Shown: positions 36,893 to 46,232 of the stretch, one piece after another | Layout: each line of letters starts with the position of its first letter | Position numbering within the stretch: the first letter of the stretch is position 1 | Assembly: GCA_964414295.1 (NCBI GenBank) | Contig: CAYPVU010000046.1 | Span: forward strand, 2,767-66,766 | DNA length: 64,000 nucleotides | DNA from: an uncultured Candidatus Saccharibacteria bacterium | Lineage (GTDB): Bacteria > Patescibacteriota > Dojkabacteria > J137 | Direction: 5' to 3' | Translations under genes and position numbers: made by a program | Notes under the pieces: generated by a model | Database searches by the model: none | What the model was told of the DNA's origin: nothing | What the model saw: the letters and a program-made list of their open reading frames with translations, nothing else

Positions 36893-37992
36893 TATATATT
36901 AGTTTGAAAATTTGCTTTTAATCCTTTATTATAATCATATATAAATAGTTCAGCTGTTTTAGGAACTCCTATATATCCTTGATCATAATGCCATTTATCA
37001 GAAGTACCAACACTTCTAAGGTATCTTACAGAAGCTCCAGGAAAATCTTTCATACGCATAAATTTATATTCAAATCTATGATGTTTATCTCCCATAAACC
37101 ATTCTCTGTAACTTGTACTAGCCCAGTCTTGTTTTCTTTCTTCTGCCATAATTAAAGGTAAGAAACTAATGTTAGATACTTCTTTATCTCCGTGAGCAAA
37201 ACCAAATAAGTTTTGTCCATATTTAACATATTTTCTTTGATGTCTAGAAGCATCTACACTAACATTAGGATTATTATCATATATAAAAGATAAACATTGT
37301 CCTAAATAAAATACTTTATCTTCATCATGATTACCTTTAATTACAGGTACATATACTTTTGCATATTTACTTGCTTTATCTATACAACGTCTAAGAACAT
37401 TAACACCTACAATAAAAGAGTCTTCAGACTTAACTAATATATCTTGAGGAGTTCCTCTTTTTGTTGTGTTAGATGAACCATTAGTATTATAAAAATCATT
37501 ACCTACAGGAAATACAATCATCTCAGGTAAGTAAGGTATAGCAGCATTTAATAGTTCATCAAAAGATTTTTCAAAGGTAGCTATATTTTCTTCTAAAGAA
37601 CTATTCTTATCAGTTTCTGATATAACACATAATTTATCTATATGAGCATCAAATAAATTAATTATAGCAATATTTTTATTTTGTTTTGGATATTGAACTT
37701 TATGCTCAGGTTTAACATATTCTTTAATAGATTTTAAAAGCTCTTCTTTAAATTTAGATACTTCTAATTCTTTATTAGTATCATATTGAATACTTTCTCT
37801 ATACTCACCATTTGGTAATTGCCAAACTTTTTTTCTTTTAATAGTAAAGTTATTATCAGAACCTTTAACTTCTTTCTTAGCTTCTTTTACAATATCAGGA
37901 GTAGTTTTAAGAATCCTAGCAATAAAATTAGTACCTTTTTTTAAATAACCTGGTTTAGCAATTAAAAAGCTCTTAACTTGTTCTTTATTCAT
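36892..37992 (-). CDS. calcineurin-like metallophosphoesterase
   Basis: Motifs LFDAHIDK (D-x-H), GNDFYN and GNHDED (the GNHD/E signature of the metallophosphatase fold). Confidence 0.5.
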   Translation of the reverse strand: MNKEQVKSFLIAKPGYLKKGTNFIARILKTTPDIVKEAKKEVKGSDNNFTIKRKKVWQLPNGEYRESIQYDTNKELEVSKFKEELLKSIKEYVKPEHKVQYPKQNKNIAIINLFDAHIDKLCVISETDKNSSLEENIATFEKSFDELLNAAIPYLPEMIVFPVGNDFYNTNGSSNTTKRGTPQDILVKSEDSFIVGVNVLRRCIDKASKYAKVYVPVIKGNHDEDKVFYLGQCLSFIYDNNPNVSVDASRHQRKYVKYGQNLFGFAHGDKEVSNISFLPLIMAEERKQDWASTSYREWFMGDKHHRFEYKFMRMKDFPGASVRYLRSVGTSDKWHYDQGYIGVPKTAELFIYDYNKGLKANFQTNI

Positions 37993-38067
37993 ATTTAAAA
38001 ATTTAAAGCCTATCTAATCTTTTATAAGGATAAAATTAAATAGGCTTGGTTCATATTAGTAAAATTT

Positions 38068-38078
38068 ATGCAAATATA
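38068..38078 (-). promoter_or_regulatory. TATATTTGCAT promoter-like element
   Basis: Plus-strand ATGCAAATATA, about 80 nt upstream of the start at 37992, in a 125-nt intergenic gap. Confidence 0.3.
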
Positions 38079-38117
38079 CAACAAATATTTGAAATATCCA
38101 AATTTTTTATAACATTT

Positions 38118-38699
38118 TTATGGCTTTTTTAAAGATATTTTTTTACTAACTGAAACATTATGATATACTTCATTAAAATCTGTACTTAATCTATATCCAA
38201 ACATTAATCCTTTATTAGTGGTTAAATCTAGCTTTAAGGAAGTATTATTGAATGAATTTCTATTACCACCTACCTCAGCTCCTACCCATAAAGCATTTGG
38301 TTGATATGGTACTTTATAAGGTACTTTAACTTCTATTGTAGTAGTTTCTTTAATTAATACAGGAAATTTAGGAGTATATTCAAAGTTATTACTAACAAGA
38401 GTACCATCTACTACAGTTGTTAATACACCATCAATTAAAGTATCAGATATTGCAGATACATATCTTTTAAGATATTTAGAAGTATCTATTGGATCTTTAA
38501 TAGTATCATATACAGGTACTTTAATATAATGTTTAATTAAAGTATCTTTGGGTATAATAGTATCTCTAGTTCTAGTAATAGTACTATCTTTATAATTAAT
38601 TTCTGTATTAGTAGTAGGATTACTACAAGAATTAACTAATAGTAAATATACTACAACAATAAATAATATTCCTATAACTACGTCTTTAATGTTCTTCAT
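38118..38699 (-). CDS. lipoprotein (outer-membrane spanin-like)
   Basis: Signal peptide plus lipobox-like LLVNSC in MKNIKDVVIGILFIVVVYLLLVNSCSNPTT. Overlaps the upstream membrane-protein gene. Confidence 0.4.
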   Translation of the reverse strand: MKNIKDVVIGILFIVVVYLLLVNSCSNPTTNTEINYKDSTITRTRDTIIPKDTLIKHYIKVPVYDTIKDPIDTSKYLKRYVSAISDTLIDGVLTTVVDGTLVSNNFEYTPKFPVLIKETTTIEVKVPYKVPYQPNALWVGAEVGGNRNSFNNTSLKLDLTTNKGLMFGYRLSTDFNEVYHNVSVSKKISLKKP

Positions 38700-38979
38700 T
38701 TTCTTCTATTTTTTTATCTTTTGCTTTCTCTGTCATTATAGTATTATACCCAGCATACACAAAAAAAGTACCACTAATTGCCATTACATCAACTAAAGTT
38801 AAACTTTCATGTTTAATACAATATACTATATAAATTAAAGATACTATAATAGCTAAAGTAAATAGTACAAATCTTTCTATTCTTTTAGCTGAGAAAAAAC
38901 TCTTTTGTGAACTAAATGTTTTTAATAGTTCTTGTAAATAATTCATAAATATACTAATAAGGTTTATACTGGTTTCCAA
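38686..38979 (-). CDS. small membrane protein (i-spanin/holin-like)
   Basis: Two hydrophobic helices (FVLFTLAIIVSLIYIVYCI and VMAISGTFFVYAGY) followed by a charged tail. Confidence 0.35.
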   Translation of the reverse strand: METSINLISIFMNYLQELLKTFSSQKSFFSAKRIERFVLFTLAIIVSLIYIVYCIKHESLTLVDVMAISGTFFVYAGYNTIMTEKAKDKKIEENEEH

Positions 38980-39590
38980 ATATAATTTTTATAAATATTT
39001 CTTTTTTTAACATACTCTGAAAAAGTAGAAGGATTTACACCACAAAAAATAGCAGCTTCTTTATAAGTATTAAAAGTTTTAATATAATTATTTTGAATAT
39101 CATACATATCAACTTTTTTACTATTAGGATTATTAGAACCTGTAACATCTTTATTTAACCATTTAGGTTGAGTTCTTTTTTTACAAATTGACATTTTCAA
39201 TCTAGTTTCTAATGATATTCTTCTATTTTTAGCCTTATTTCTTATTTTTTCTACTATATCTTTATAATTGGGTAAATCTTTTATATTAGGAGGTTTATCT
39301 CCTCCTAATGAAGTATTTACTAATTTTTTATTTTTATCTTTTAATTTTTGAATTAACTCTACTTCTTTCTTATAACATTCTTCTTCAGAACCTTTAAAAA
39401 TTACTCTATATTTTATTTCACAATTTCTTTTCCTTATCCATCTTGATTTTCTAAGGTTGTATTCTTTACTGTTTTTATTCAAAGAATTATAAATATGATG
39501 TTTAAATCTTCTATCTGGATATTTAGAAACACCTAAATATTTTATCCCACTATCATCACCTAACACATAAATATAACAATTATTTTCCAT
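38964..39590 (-). CDS. GIY-YIG homing endonuclease with NUMOD-like DNA-binding modules
   Basis: N-terminal CYIYVLGDDSGIKYLGVSKYPDRRFKHH matches the GIY-(10)-YIG-R-H core. C-terminal FNTYKEAAIFCGVNPSTFSEYVKK is an HTH-like NUMOD1 segment. The gene is inserted inside the lysis cassette. Confidence 0.6.
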   Translation of the reverse strand: MENNCYIYVLGDDSGIKYLGVSKYPDRRFKHHIYNSLNKNSKEYNLRKSRWIRKRNCEIKYRVIFKGSEEECYKKEVELIQKLKDKNKKLVNTSLGGDKPPNIKDLPNYKDIVEKIRNKAKNRRISLETRLKMSICKKRTQPKWLNKDVTGSNNPNSKKVDMYDIQNNYIKTFNTYKEAAIFCGVNPSTFSEYVKKRNIYKNYIWKPV

Positions 39591-40083
39591 TTAAAAGCTC
39601 GTTTAATCTTTTTTTACTATATGGTTCATAAACAGTCTTTTTATCTTTTACATACATTAATAAAATTTGCTTTCTATTATTTTTTTTAACTGTATAAGAA
39701 GCATGAACCCACGCTATTTTATTTTTTTCAATACCTTCAGCTATTAATTGGTCAAATTCTAAATTATCTTTTATATAATCAAATATCTGTTTGTTAGTAA
39801 TACCATTATCAAATACATCAGCATCTATATCCATAGCTTCACCTAAGCAATGTTGTGAGGTTGCACTGCCTCCCATTTTTTTGTTTACTTTAGGACTTCT
39901 ATAAAATGAAGTAATAGCAATAGGTTTACCGTGCATTTCCCTTATAGGTTCAAATATCTTTTCAGCTAAAATTTTCATAGCCTCAAGGTGTTCTTGTGTA
40001 GGAGTATTATCTATTCCTAACCTTGTGGCTTGTTGAGATTTAATAGCTTCTGCTAGTGTTATATGTTTACTAACTCTTGTCAT
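39580..40083 (-). CDS. endolysin, peptidase M15 (VanY/YcbK-like Zn D,D- or L-Ala-D-Glu peptidase)
   Basis: ITSFYRSPKVNKKMGGSATSQHCLGEAMDID (SxHxxGxAxD) plus the downstream WVHAS histidine. Confidence 0.7.
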   Translation of the reverse strand: MTRVSKHITLAEAIKSQQATRLGIDNTPTQEHLEAMKILAEKIFEPIREMHGKPIAITSFYRSPKVNKKMGGSATSQHCLGEAMDIDADVFDNGITNKQIFDYIKDNLEFDQLIAEGIEKNKIAWVHASYTVKKNNRKQILLMYVKDKKTVYEPYSKKRLNELLNGK

Positions 40084-40085
40084 AA

Positions 40086-40340
40086 CTATTTCTTTCTAAA
40101 TTTATCAATAAAGTTTTTTGCTTGGGTTAATGATTCAATAATTATCTTTACAAATTTACCTGCATTAACCAAAACCACAAGGCTTAAAGATGCTAATGTC
40201 AGCAACTTAAAATACACATCATAATTATCAACTAAGTGAGCAGCTATGTTGCTAATAAAGCTCGTAGCTATCAATAATAAGCTCATTGCTAATGTTTTTA
40301 TCTCTGTATAATCCTGATTTAAGTCATGTAAAGATGCCAT
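40086..40340 (-). CDS. holin-like small membrane protein
   Basis: 84 aa with two TM helices (LAMSLLLIATSFISNIAAHL and LTLASLSLVVLVNAG) and a basic C-terminus. Lies immediately upstream of the endolysin. Confidence 0.45.
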   Translation of the reverse strand: MASLHDLNQDYTEIKTLAMSLLLIATSFISNIAAHLVDNYDVYFKLLTLASLSLVVLVNAGKFVKIIIESLTQAKNFIDKFRKK

Positions 40341-40353
40341 TGTATTTTAATTT

Positions 40354-40518
40354 TTAATTGTTATCATTAATTAATTCGTTATCCAATTCATATTTTATAA
40401 CTTCAATTATTTTTTCTTCTATTACATTATCGTTCTCATCATAGGTAATCTCCACAACTTCTCTGCGGATTAATCTACTCTCTTTAAATGTGTCGTTGTA
40501 TGCTGTTTCTGTTCTCAT
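40354..40518 (-). CDS. small acidic ORF (54 aa) not in the supplied track
   Basis: ATG at 40516-40518 (plus-strand CAT) reads MRTETAYNDTFKESRLIRREVVEITYDENDNVIEEKIIEVIKYELDNELINDNN and fills the gap between holin and upstream gene. Confidence 0.2.
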   Translation of the reverse strand: MRTETAYNDTFKESRLIRREVVEITYDENDNVIEEKIIEVIKYELDNELINDNN

Positions 40519-40519
40519 A

Positions 40520-41689
40520 TTATCTTACAAAAGCTGTTGGTAGTGCTCTTGATGCAGGTAAAACTCTGATATTAGTTTGAGCTGGCAATGTTGGATCTGT
40601 AATTCCTGAACTTGATAAGGTTTGTGCTAAAAAATGAACGTATCTTGTAATACTTCCTGATGTAAGGTTGAATCCTAAAAAAGATAAATCAAAGGTCATT
40701 CTCTGCCAAGAGCCTGACGTATTTGAATTTGTAATAAGCACTAAATACAACTCGCCTTTTCTTAGCACAGTATCAGTTATTACAACAGTCTTTACCCCCG
40801 TTGTATTTGTCGAAAATTCACCTCCATCGTGAATTAATGTTGCTGTATAAGCGGCATTACCTATAATTTGGCTATCTATTCTATACAAACTCATTCTACC
40901 TGTTGAACCAGATGTTTGAGCTGTTTGTATTCTACAACCTAAACTATTTATAGTTTGTCCATTACCTATTACAGGTGTAACAGAACTTCCGGGGTTTACT
41001 GCACCGTTATCAAATGATAATACCTTAGTAAAATTCCACCAAATAGCAGATGAATGCCATCTATGCACCATTCCTGCGTCCAACCAATCAGTAACCATTT
41101 CCACTTTTTCAGGATTGGTAAACGGAGTTTCACCAGCGTTAAGCGTTTGTCCTGGTAAAACTTCGTATATCCTTAAATCTCCAAAGATTGAACGCCAAAT
41201 AAATTTTTGTCCTTGTGTGAAACTTCTTGAAGAACTCCATGTAAGTAACTTGTCTTCATCATCTATTCTCTCATCTTCAAGTATATTATTAACTACAAGG
41301 TTATTGTAATCAATAGCTTTAATTTTTAATACATAGATTAACGCAACAGGGAAACTACTTGGTGTGCCACTAAGAGTATAATTGCCCAACGCATCAAAGC
41401 TGGAGACAACCACATCAACTCCAAGACTTGTCTTTGGAAGAATCCCCGTAGGCTGCCCGTTTGCATCCACTTGCGAAACATACGCATCCACCCCATTAGG
41501 GAATTGGTCGAGTAAGATTGTTGCTCCTTGTGGTATCGTGATTGTTCCACTTGCTGCGCTAATTGTTGTAAAATAGACGATTTTGTATTCATTGTTTTCT
41601 AAAGTTAATACACGATTATTTAATCCAGATAAATTCTGAATACTATCAAAAGTAGCAGTAAAAGGATTAAATGTAAATTTTAAAGACAT
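40520..41689 (-). CDS. receptor-binding / tail-fibre-tip-like protein (389 aa) with GC content well above its neighbours
   Basis: Gly/Ser/Thr/Asn-rich beta-type sequence. The nucleotide composition is visibly GC-richer than the rest of the window; overlapping ORFs called on both strands here reflect that (fewer stops). Confidence 0.4.
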   Translation of the reverse strand: MSLKFTFNPFTATFDSIQNLSGLNNRVLTLENNEYKIVYFTTISAASGTITIPQGATILLDQFPNGVDAYVSQVDANGQPTGILPKTSLGVDVVVSSFDALGNYTLSGTPSSFPVALIYVLKIKAIDYNNLVVNNILEDERIDDEDKLLTWSSSRSFTQGQKFIWRSIFGDLRIYEVLPGQTLNAGETPFTNPEKVEMVTDWLDAGMVHRWHSSAIWWNFTKVLSFDNGAVNPGSSVTPVIGNGQTINSLGCRIQTAQTSGSTGRMSLYRIDSQIIGNAAYTATLIHDGGEFSTNTTGVKTVVITDTVLRKGELYLVLITNSNTSGSWQRMTFDLSFLGFNLTSGSITRYVHFLAQTLSSSGITDPTLPAQTNIRVLPASRALPTAFVR

Positions 41690-41691
41690 AA

Positions 41692-41919
41692 TTAATTACT
41701 AAATTGAACAGAACTTAAACTATAACTACCAGGACCTCCTATATAACTTAATTTAGCTTTAATAGGAGCTTTACCATAAGATACTGAACTCCAAGTAACA
41801 GTATCTATTCTTTCATCATCTGTTCCTTGATTTAAATAAGTAATATCTATTTTACAATCTTCATATTGTAATATAGTATTAACTCTAGGAACATTTAGTT
41901 GTATTGTTTTATTATCCAT
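41692..41919 (-). CDS. hypothetical small virion protein
   Basis: 75-aa ORF. Confidence 0.3.
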   Translation of the reverse strand: MDNKTIQLNVPRVNTILQYEDCKIDITYLNQGTDDERIDTVTWSSVSYGKAPIKAKLSYIGGPGSYSLSSVQFSN

Positions 41920-41920
41920 T

Positions 41921-42514
41921 TTAATAGCTGCTTACAATTGACCATTCAGTTCCATTAAAAATTATTGTTCTAGACGAATACTGAGCATTTAAATTAAAAG
42001 AGTTAGCACCATCTATTGTTTTACCACCTCCACTAATAGATACAGTATTTACAGAATTATCTATTCTTTTTAAATAAAATATTTTACCAGTTGTAGGATT
42101 TGCTGGTAATTTAAGATCAACATTAAACGCAGTTGCATCTACTAAAATTAAACCATAATTTTCAGATATTATATTACTATTACTATAAGTAAATGGTACT
42201 ATAACACTACCAGGTAAATTATTAATTATTTGATCTACATATTGTTTAGTAGCAGCATGCATGTTAGATGAAGGATGTGCATGTAGAGTTAAAAACCCTG
42301 TCATTGTATCTCCAGCTTTAGCTACTTTACTATTATTTAAAGATGAATCGCCATTAGATCTATCAGTAATTTCTTGCTGTATAGCAGCATTGACAGAAGC
42401 TAATAAGTTTTGTACAGTAATAATATAATTATTACCAGATCTAACAAAAGGTATAACATCATTAGAATTTGGAGTATTTTCTACAGTAAATTGGGATATT
42501 TTCTTATCAGCCAT
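41921..42514 (-). CDS. hypothetical tail-associated protein
   Basis: 197-aa ORF in the fibre gene cluster. Confidence 0.3.
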   Translation of the reverse strand: MADKKISQFTVENTPNSNDVIPFVRSGNNYIITVQNLLASVNAAIQQEITDRSNGDSSLNNSKVAKAGDTMTGFLTLHAHPSSNMHAATKQYVDQIINNLPGSVIVPFTYSNSNIISENYGLILVDATAFNVDLKLPANPTTGKIFYLKRIDNSVNTVSISGGGKTIDGANSFNLNAQYSSRTIIFNGTEWSIVSSY

Positions 42515-42515
42515 A

Positions 42516-43340
42516 CTATTGATTATTTTCAGTTTTTATAAAAGAATTATTTTCTTGAAGTATATAATTACCATCTTCTTGAATTATTCTAAAAAATGTA
42601 AATATACTTTCATCTGTTAAAGTAGGATCTATATATTGAGAACCATAAGGAGCAAAACATAATCCACATAGTTTAGCTACATGATCCCATATTTTATTAA
42701 CTTGTATTTGAGTAAGACAATTAATATCAGCTCCATCATTACCTTCTTGCATATTTCTAATATCAAAAGATATTAGATAATCAGTATCTGTTAATACTAC
42801 AACAGGATAACCATTTATTATATTATCAGTACTTACAGAATAAATAGTAATAGTGTCTACACCATCAAATATAGCAGTATAATCTTCAGGTGTACTAGTA
42901 TTATTATTTATCTCATCCATAATAGATACTAATAAATCATACAAGTCATCATTAACTGCTACAACAGAACATATCAGAACTCCATTAATATAAAGTTCTA
43001 CAGTTTCTCCTGTTATTATAGTACTATTTTTAGCTAATCTAAAAGAACCAACAGATCTTGAAGGTGTTTCTGTTTGATAACATTTTAAAGCATCATAATA
43101 AGCTACTAAAACTTCTAGTGTTAATTTATCTTTTTCACAAGATAATCCTAGTTTTATTTTATCTGCTAATTTAGAAGCTTTATCTGCTATACAACAAGAC
43201 ATCTTGTGTAATCTAACTAAATGATCTTTATTTGTAGCTTTATTATAACTTAATATAATATTGGCATTAGTTATTGTAGGAGATGACTCTCCCTCACTTA
43301 TTCCTCTACCTGGAGAAGATATGTTTAAAGACTTACTCAT
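42516..43340 (-). CDS. hypothetical tail-associated protein
   Basis: 274-aa ORF. Confidence 0.3.
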   Translation of the reverse strand: MSKSLNISSPGRGISEGESSPTITNANIILSYNKATNKDHLVRLHKMSCCIADKASKLADKIKLGLSCEKDKLTLEVLVAYYDALKCYQTETPSRSVGSFRLAKNSTIITGETVELYINGVLICSVVAVNDDLYDLLVSIMDEINNNTSTPEDYTAIFDGVDTITIYSVSTDNIINGYPVVVLTDTDYLISFDIRNMQEGNDGADINCLTQIQVNKIWDHVAKLCGLCFAPYGSQYIDPTLTDESIFTFFRIIQEDGNYILQENNSFIKTENNQ

Positions 43341-43831
43341 TATCCAATTATTACTATTCTGATTGAAAATATATTAGGAAAACCTGAAGTATTAATTAAA
43401 AAGTTTGTATTACTATTAGTAGTATCCATTAGTATAGTAACATTAGATTGTCTAATAGCTAATGGAGGATTAGGTAAAGGATTAAATTGTCCTATAGCCC
43501 AAACTTCTACTACATAATCACTTCTAAGGTTAACTAAACTATTACCACAAGCTTTTTGAGGTATATTACAAGTAATATATTGTTCACCTACTATAGATAT
43601 AGTAATAGTATCAGGTTTAACTTGTCCACTATAATCATAATTATATTCTAAAACCATTTTAGATAAACCTGCTCCAGGAGGTCCTGGATCTCCCTGTGGT
43701 CCTTGTGGACCTGGGTCACCTTGAGGACCTTGAGGTCCAGTTGGTCCAATAGGTCCTTGTGGTCCTACTGGTAATATTAATGCGTCATCAGAGCATCCAC
43801 AAACTCCTGTTCCACATGATGTACAAGCCAT
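43340..43831 (-). CDS. collagen-like repeat protein (fibre component)
   Basis: Eleven consecutive Gly-X-Y triplets ([33 protein letters not shown]) after a Cys-rich N-terminus [14 protein letters not shown]. Confidence 0.55.
   Translation of the reverse strand: MACTSCGTGVCGCSDDALILPVGPQGPIGPTGPQGPQGDPGPQGPQGDPGPPGAGLSKMVLEYNYDYSGQVKPDTITISIVGEQYITCNIPQKACGNSLVNLRSDYVVEVWAIGQFNPLPNPPLAIRQSNVTILMDTTNSNTNFLINTSGFPNIFSIRIVIIG
43670..43768 (-). repeat. tandem 9-nt (GGT CCT TGT-type) repeats encoding the collagen-like G-X-Y tract
   Basis: Locally GC-rich repetitive DNA (ggtccttgtggacctgggtcaccttgaggaccttgaggtcc...). Confidence 0.7.
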
Positions 43832-43846
43832 ATTTATAAGTTTTAA

Positions 43847-44425
43847 TTATTTACAACCACAAGATTTCTTATTACAAATCTTATTTAATATATCTAGAAG
43901 ATTAGTAGCTTTTGTTATATTACCACATTTACCAGCATGTTTTAATGCTTGTAAATAAGTATAAGCTAATAATGCATTTTTTACAACAGTATTATCGCAA
44001 TCACAACCTGTATCAGGTATTTTTGCTAACATTTGAGATACACAACAACTTACTTGACAATCTAGTAACACATATTTAGTTATATAATAAATGTTTGTAG
44101 ATGTTGTAACAGTATAAGTAAATGTATATACTCCATCAGGTAAAGGAGTTTCAGTAGTACCTAAACCTAAAGTAACAGAAGTTATATTTGTAGATAGACA
44201 AGTATCTGTTGGAAATCCTTCAGATAGTAAATCTATAGATACTATACCTAATATTCCAGGAATAGTAACTTGCAATGTAGCTTCTGTAGCATCAGATATT
44301 AATTCATTAGGTGCTCCCCAGCCTGTTAAATTAGTGGTACTATCATAAGTACCAGTAGTTTCTGTAAAAGTTATACTCTTACAGTTTGAACTTTGACATA
44401 TAGAGAAATCTAATTTAACGCTCAT
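43847..44425 (-). CDS. Cys-rich virion protein (192 aa)
   Basis: 13 cysteines including CCVSQ, GCDCDN, GKCGN, KKSCGCK. Confidence 0.35.
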   Translation of the reverse strand: MSVKLDFSICQSSNCKSITFTETTGTYDSTTNLTGWGAPNELISDATEATLQVTIPGILGIVSIDLLSEGFPTDTCLSTNITSVTLGLGTTETPLPDGVYTFTYTVTTSTNIYYITKYVLLDCQVSCCVSQMLAKIPDTGCDCDNTVVKNALLAYTYLQALKHAGKCGNITKATNLLDILNKICNKKSCGCK

Positions 44426-44439
44426 TTTTAGAATATTTA

Positions 44440-44474
44440 AAAAGGCTGGCTAGCTTTTAACCAACCAGCCTTTT
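44440..44474. terminator. strong hairpin AAAAGGCTGG-15nt-CCAGCCTTTT (bidirectional rho-independent terminator)
   Basis: Perfect 10-bp inverted repeat flanked by an A-run and a T-run, immediately downstream of the 404-aa gene. Confidence 0.55.
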
Positions 44475-44496
44475 AATTAATTAGTATTGTATTAGA

Positions 44497-45711
44497 TTAT
44501 ACAGTTACTGTAGCAAAAGCACCTGGAACTGAAGCCATCCAAGGATTCAATTGTGCTAATACGTCAGTAGTTTGAGCTGCATTTTCTACTATAAAGATAT
44601 ATAGTAAGTTTTTAGCAGGTTTAACACCACTAACTGGATAAGATTTATGAGTATTAACCCATTCAATAGTAATTACATCATAGTTAGCACCAGATACCAC
44701 ATCTGTTCTACCAGCAGGTACTGGATGTCCAATACGATTAGTAATACCATCAAATCCATAAGCAAACCATTCTAGTTCAGCTACTGATTGCCAAGCTCCA
44801 ATACCCTTATTAGATTCTTGAGAAGTAGTTACAGGAGTATTTCCAAAGTTAGTAATTTTAACTTCAAAGATAGCTTTTAAATACTTATACAAACCTACTT
44901 CAAATGGAATAGCAGCACCAGTTAAACGAATGCCCCAAGCTGTAATAGCACTCATAGCACCAATATTAGCAGCTAATACTGTACCTGAAGCTCCTTGATA
45001 AGGAACATCTAAATGGAATGTGTTAGCTGTTGGAACAGAAGCTACTACGTAAGCAGGAGTAGTACCAGTAGTACCATCAATTCTTACAACAGAACCAACT
45101 GATAAACCATGAGCATTTGATGTAACTAAAGTAGCACCGTTTGTTACTGTAGCATTATTAGACAATGCTGTAAAAGTACCATCAACTAATCTTTCAGCTA
45201 TAACAGCTTTAAATGGATCAGCTACAATTTGTTTAGTTAGATCAGCAGCAATCTCTTGTTGAGTAGCAGTTAGATCTGAAGTATAACGGTATACACGCTT
45301 GTTTAATTGCTCAGACCACATATCTTTGTTGTGTTTGTAAATAACACTAACTTTGTAGTCATTTGCATTAATAGCGTCAATAGAACCACTAGTACCGTTG
45401 TAACCAATGGAAGTAATTTGTTCTTGAGCTGCTGAATAAGAAGCACCGCTAAATTTGGTAACTCCTGCTCCATCAATTCTCAAAGAAAAGTTAAGAGGTT
45501 CTGTAGCTCCTCTACCTTGTGCAATACGAATATACTTACTATCTGAGTAAGTATCACCAGGTGCTAATACAGCATCTGTTTCATCTAAAACAACAATCTC
45601 ACCATTTGCGATATAAGTAGCAGTAGCACTTCTATCAGTGATTTGCACGTTTGATGTTCTAGAGATGTTCTTTCCAATAAGAACATTAATTGATTCATCT
45701 GATTTGAACAT
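44497..45711 (-). CDS. abundant virion structural protein (404 aa; major tail/head-associated candidate)
   Basis: Ala/Gly/Thr/Val-rich, GC-richer codon composition typical of highly expressed structural genes, and followed by its own strong terminator. Confidence 0.4.
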   Translation of the reverse strand: MFKSDESINVLIGKNISRTSNVQITDRSATATYIANGEIVVLDETDAVLAPGDTYSDSKYIRIAQGRGATEPLNFSLRIDGAGVTKFSGASYSAAQEQITSIGYNGTSGSIDAINANDYKVSVIYKHNKDMWSEQLNKRVYRYTSDLTATQQEIAADLTKQIVADPFKAVIAERLVDGTFTALSNNATVTNGATLVTSNAHGLSVGSVVRIDGTTGTTPAYVVASVPTANTFHLDVPYQGASGTVLAANIGAMSAITAWGIRLTGAAIPFEVGLYKYLKAIFEVKITNFGNTPVTTSQESNKGIGAWQSVAELEWFAYGFDGITNRIGHPVPAGRTDVVSGANYDVITIEWVNTHKSYPVSGVKPAKNLLYIFIVENAAQTTDVLAQLNPWMASVPGAFATVTV

Positions 45712-45752
45712 TGTTAATTAATTTTAATTGTTTATATTTGTTTTTATTTTAT

Positions 45753-46013
45753 TTATGGATAAACCTCAATTAAGACTGAATCTCCTACTAAAATATCGTT
45801 TTGCGTTGCTCCAGTAGAAATTCTTGATGTTATAACTTTTACCGAGTTCTTATTTTCTCTAAATACGTTGACAGCTCGGTCATCACCAACACTTTTTTGC
45901 GTGTTAAGGATAAAGACTTTATTGTCTGTAAAAGCTCCGTTTAATGTACCTAAGTATTCACCAACAGAGGTATAGCTCCAAACTATACTCCCTCCTAATG
46001 TATTTTCTAACAC
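45753..46013 (-). CDS. hypothetical small structural protein
   Basis: 86-aa ORF. Confidence 0.3.
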   Translation of the reverse strand: MLENTLGGSIVWSYTSVGEYLGTLNGAFTDNKVFILNTQKSVGDDRAVNVFRENKNSVKVITSRISTGATQNDILVGDSVLIEVYP

Positions 46014-46029
46014 AATTGCTACAGGCGCA

Positions 46030-46212
46030 TTAGTTCCTGTTTTGGGTTAATAATGCTTTATAAACTTTTGGTTTTTTGTTTTCAATATCTACTATTTCAT
46101 TTACTTTATTTAAAATAGGTTCTACTTCAGATATTCTAGCAAAGTTATTTTCAATAGGACCTTCTTTTAAAGTAGATCTATTATTTTTGTTAATTCCTTG
46201 TAATTTATCCAT
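46030..46212 (-). CDS. hypothetical small protein
   Basis: 60-aa ORF between structural genes. Confidence 0.25.
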   Translation of the reverse strand: MDKLQGINKNNRSTLKEGPIENNFARISEVEPILNKVNEIVDIENKKPKVYKALLTQNRN

Positions 46213-46232
46213 TGTTTTATATTTTTATTGTT

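Noticed and set aside
41115-41592. Three overlapping ORFs on both strands (41115..41309 +, 41338..41592 -, 41382..41576 +) inside the 389-aa gene
   Set aside because: They arise because this gene is GC-richer, with fewer chance stop codons. The long 389-aa frame is the coherent one.
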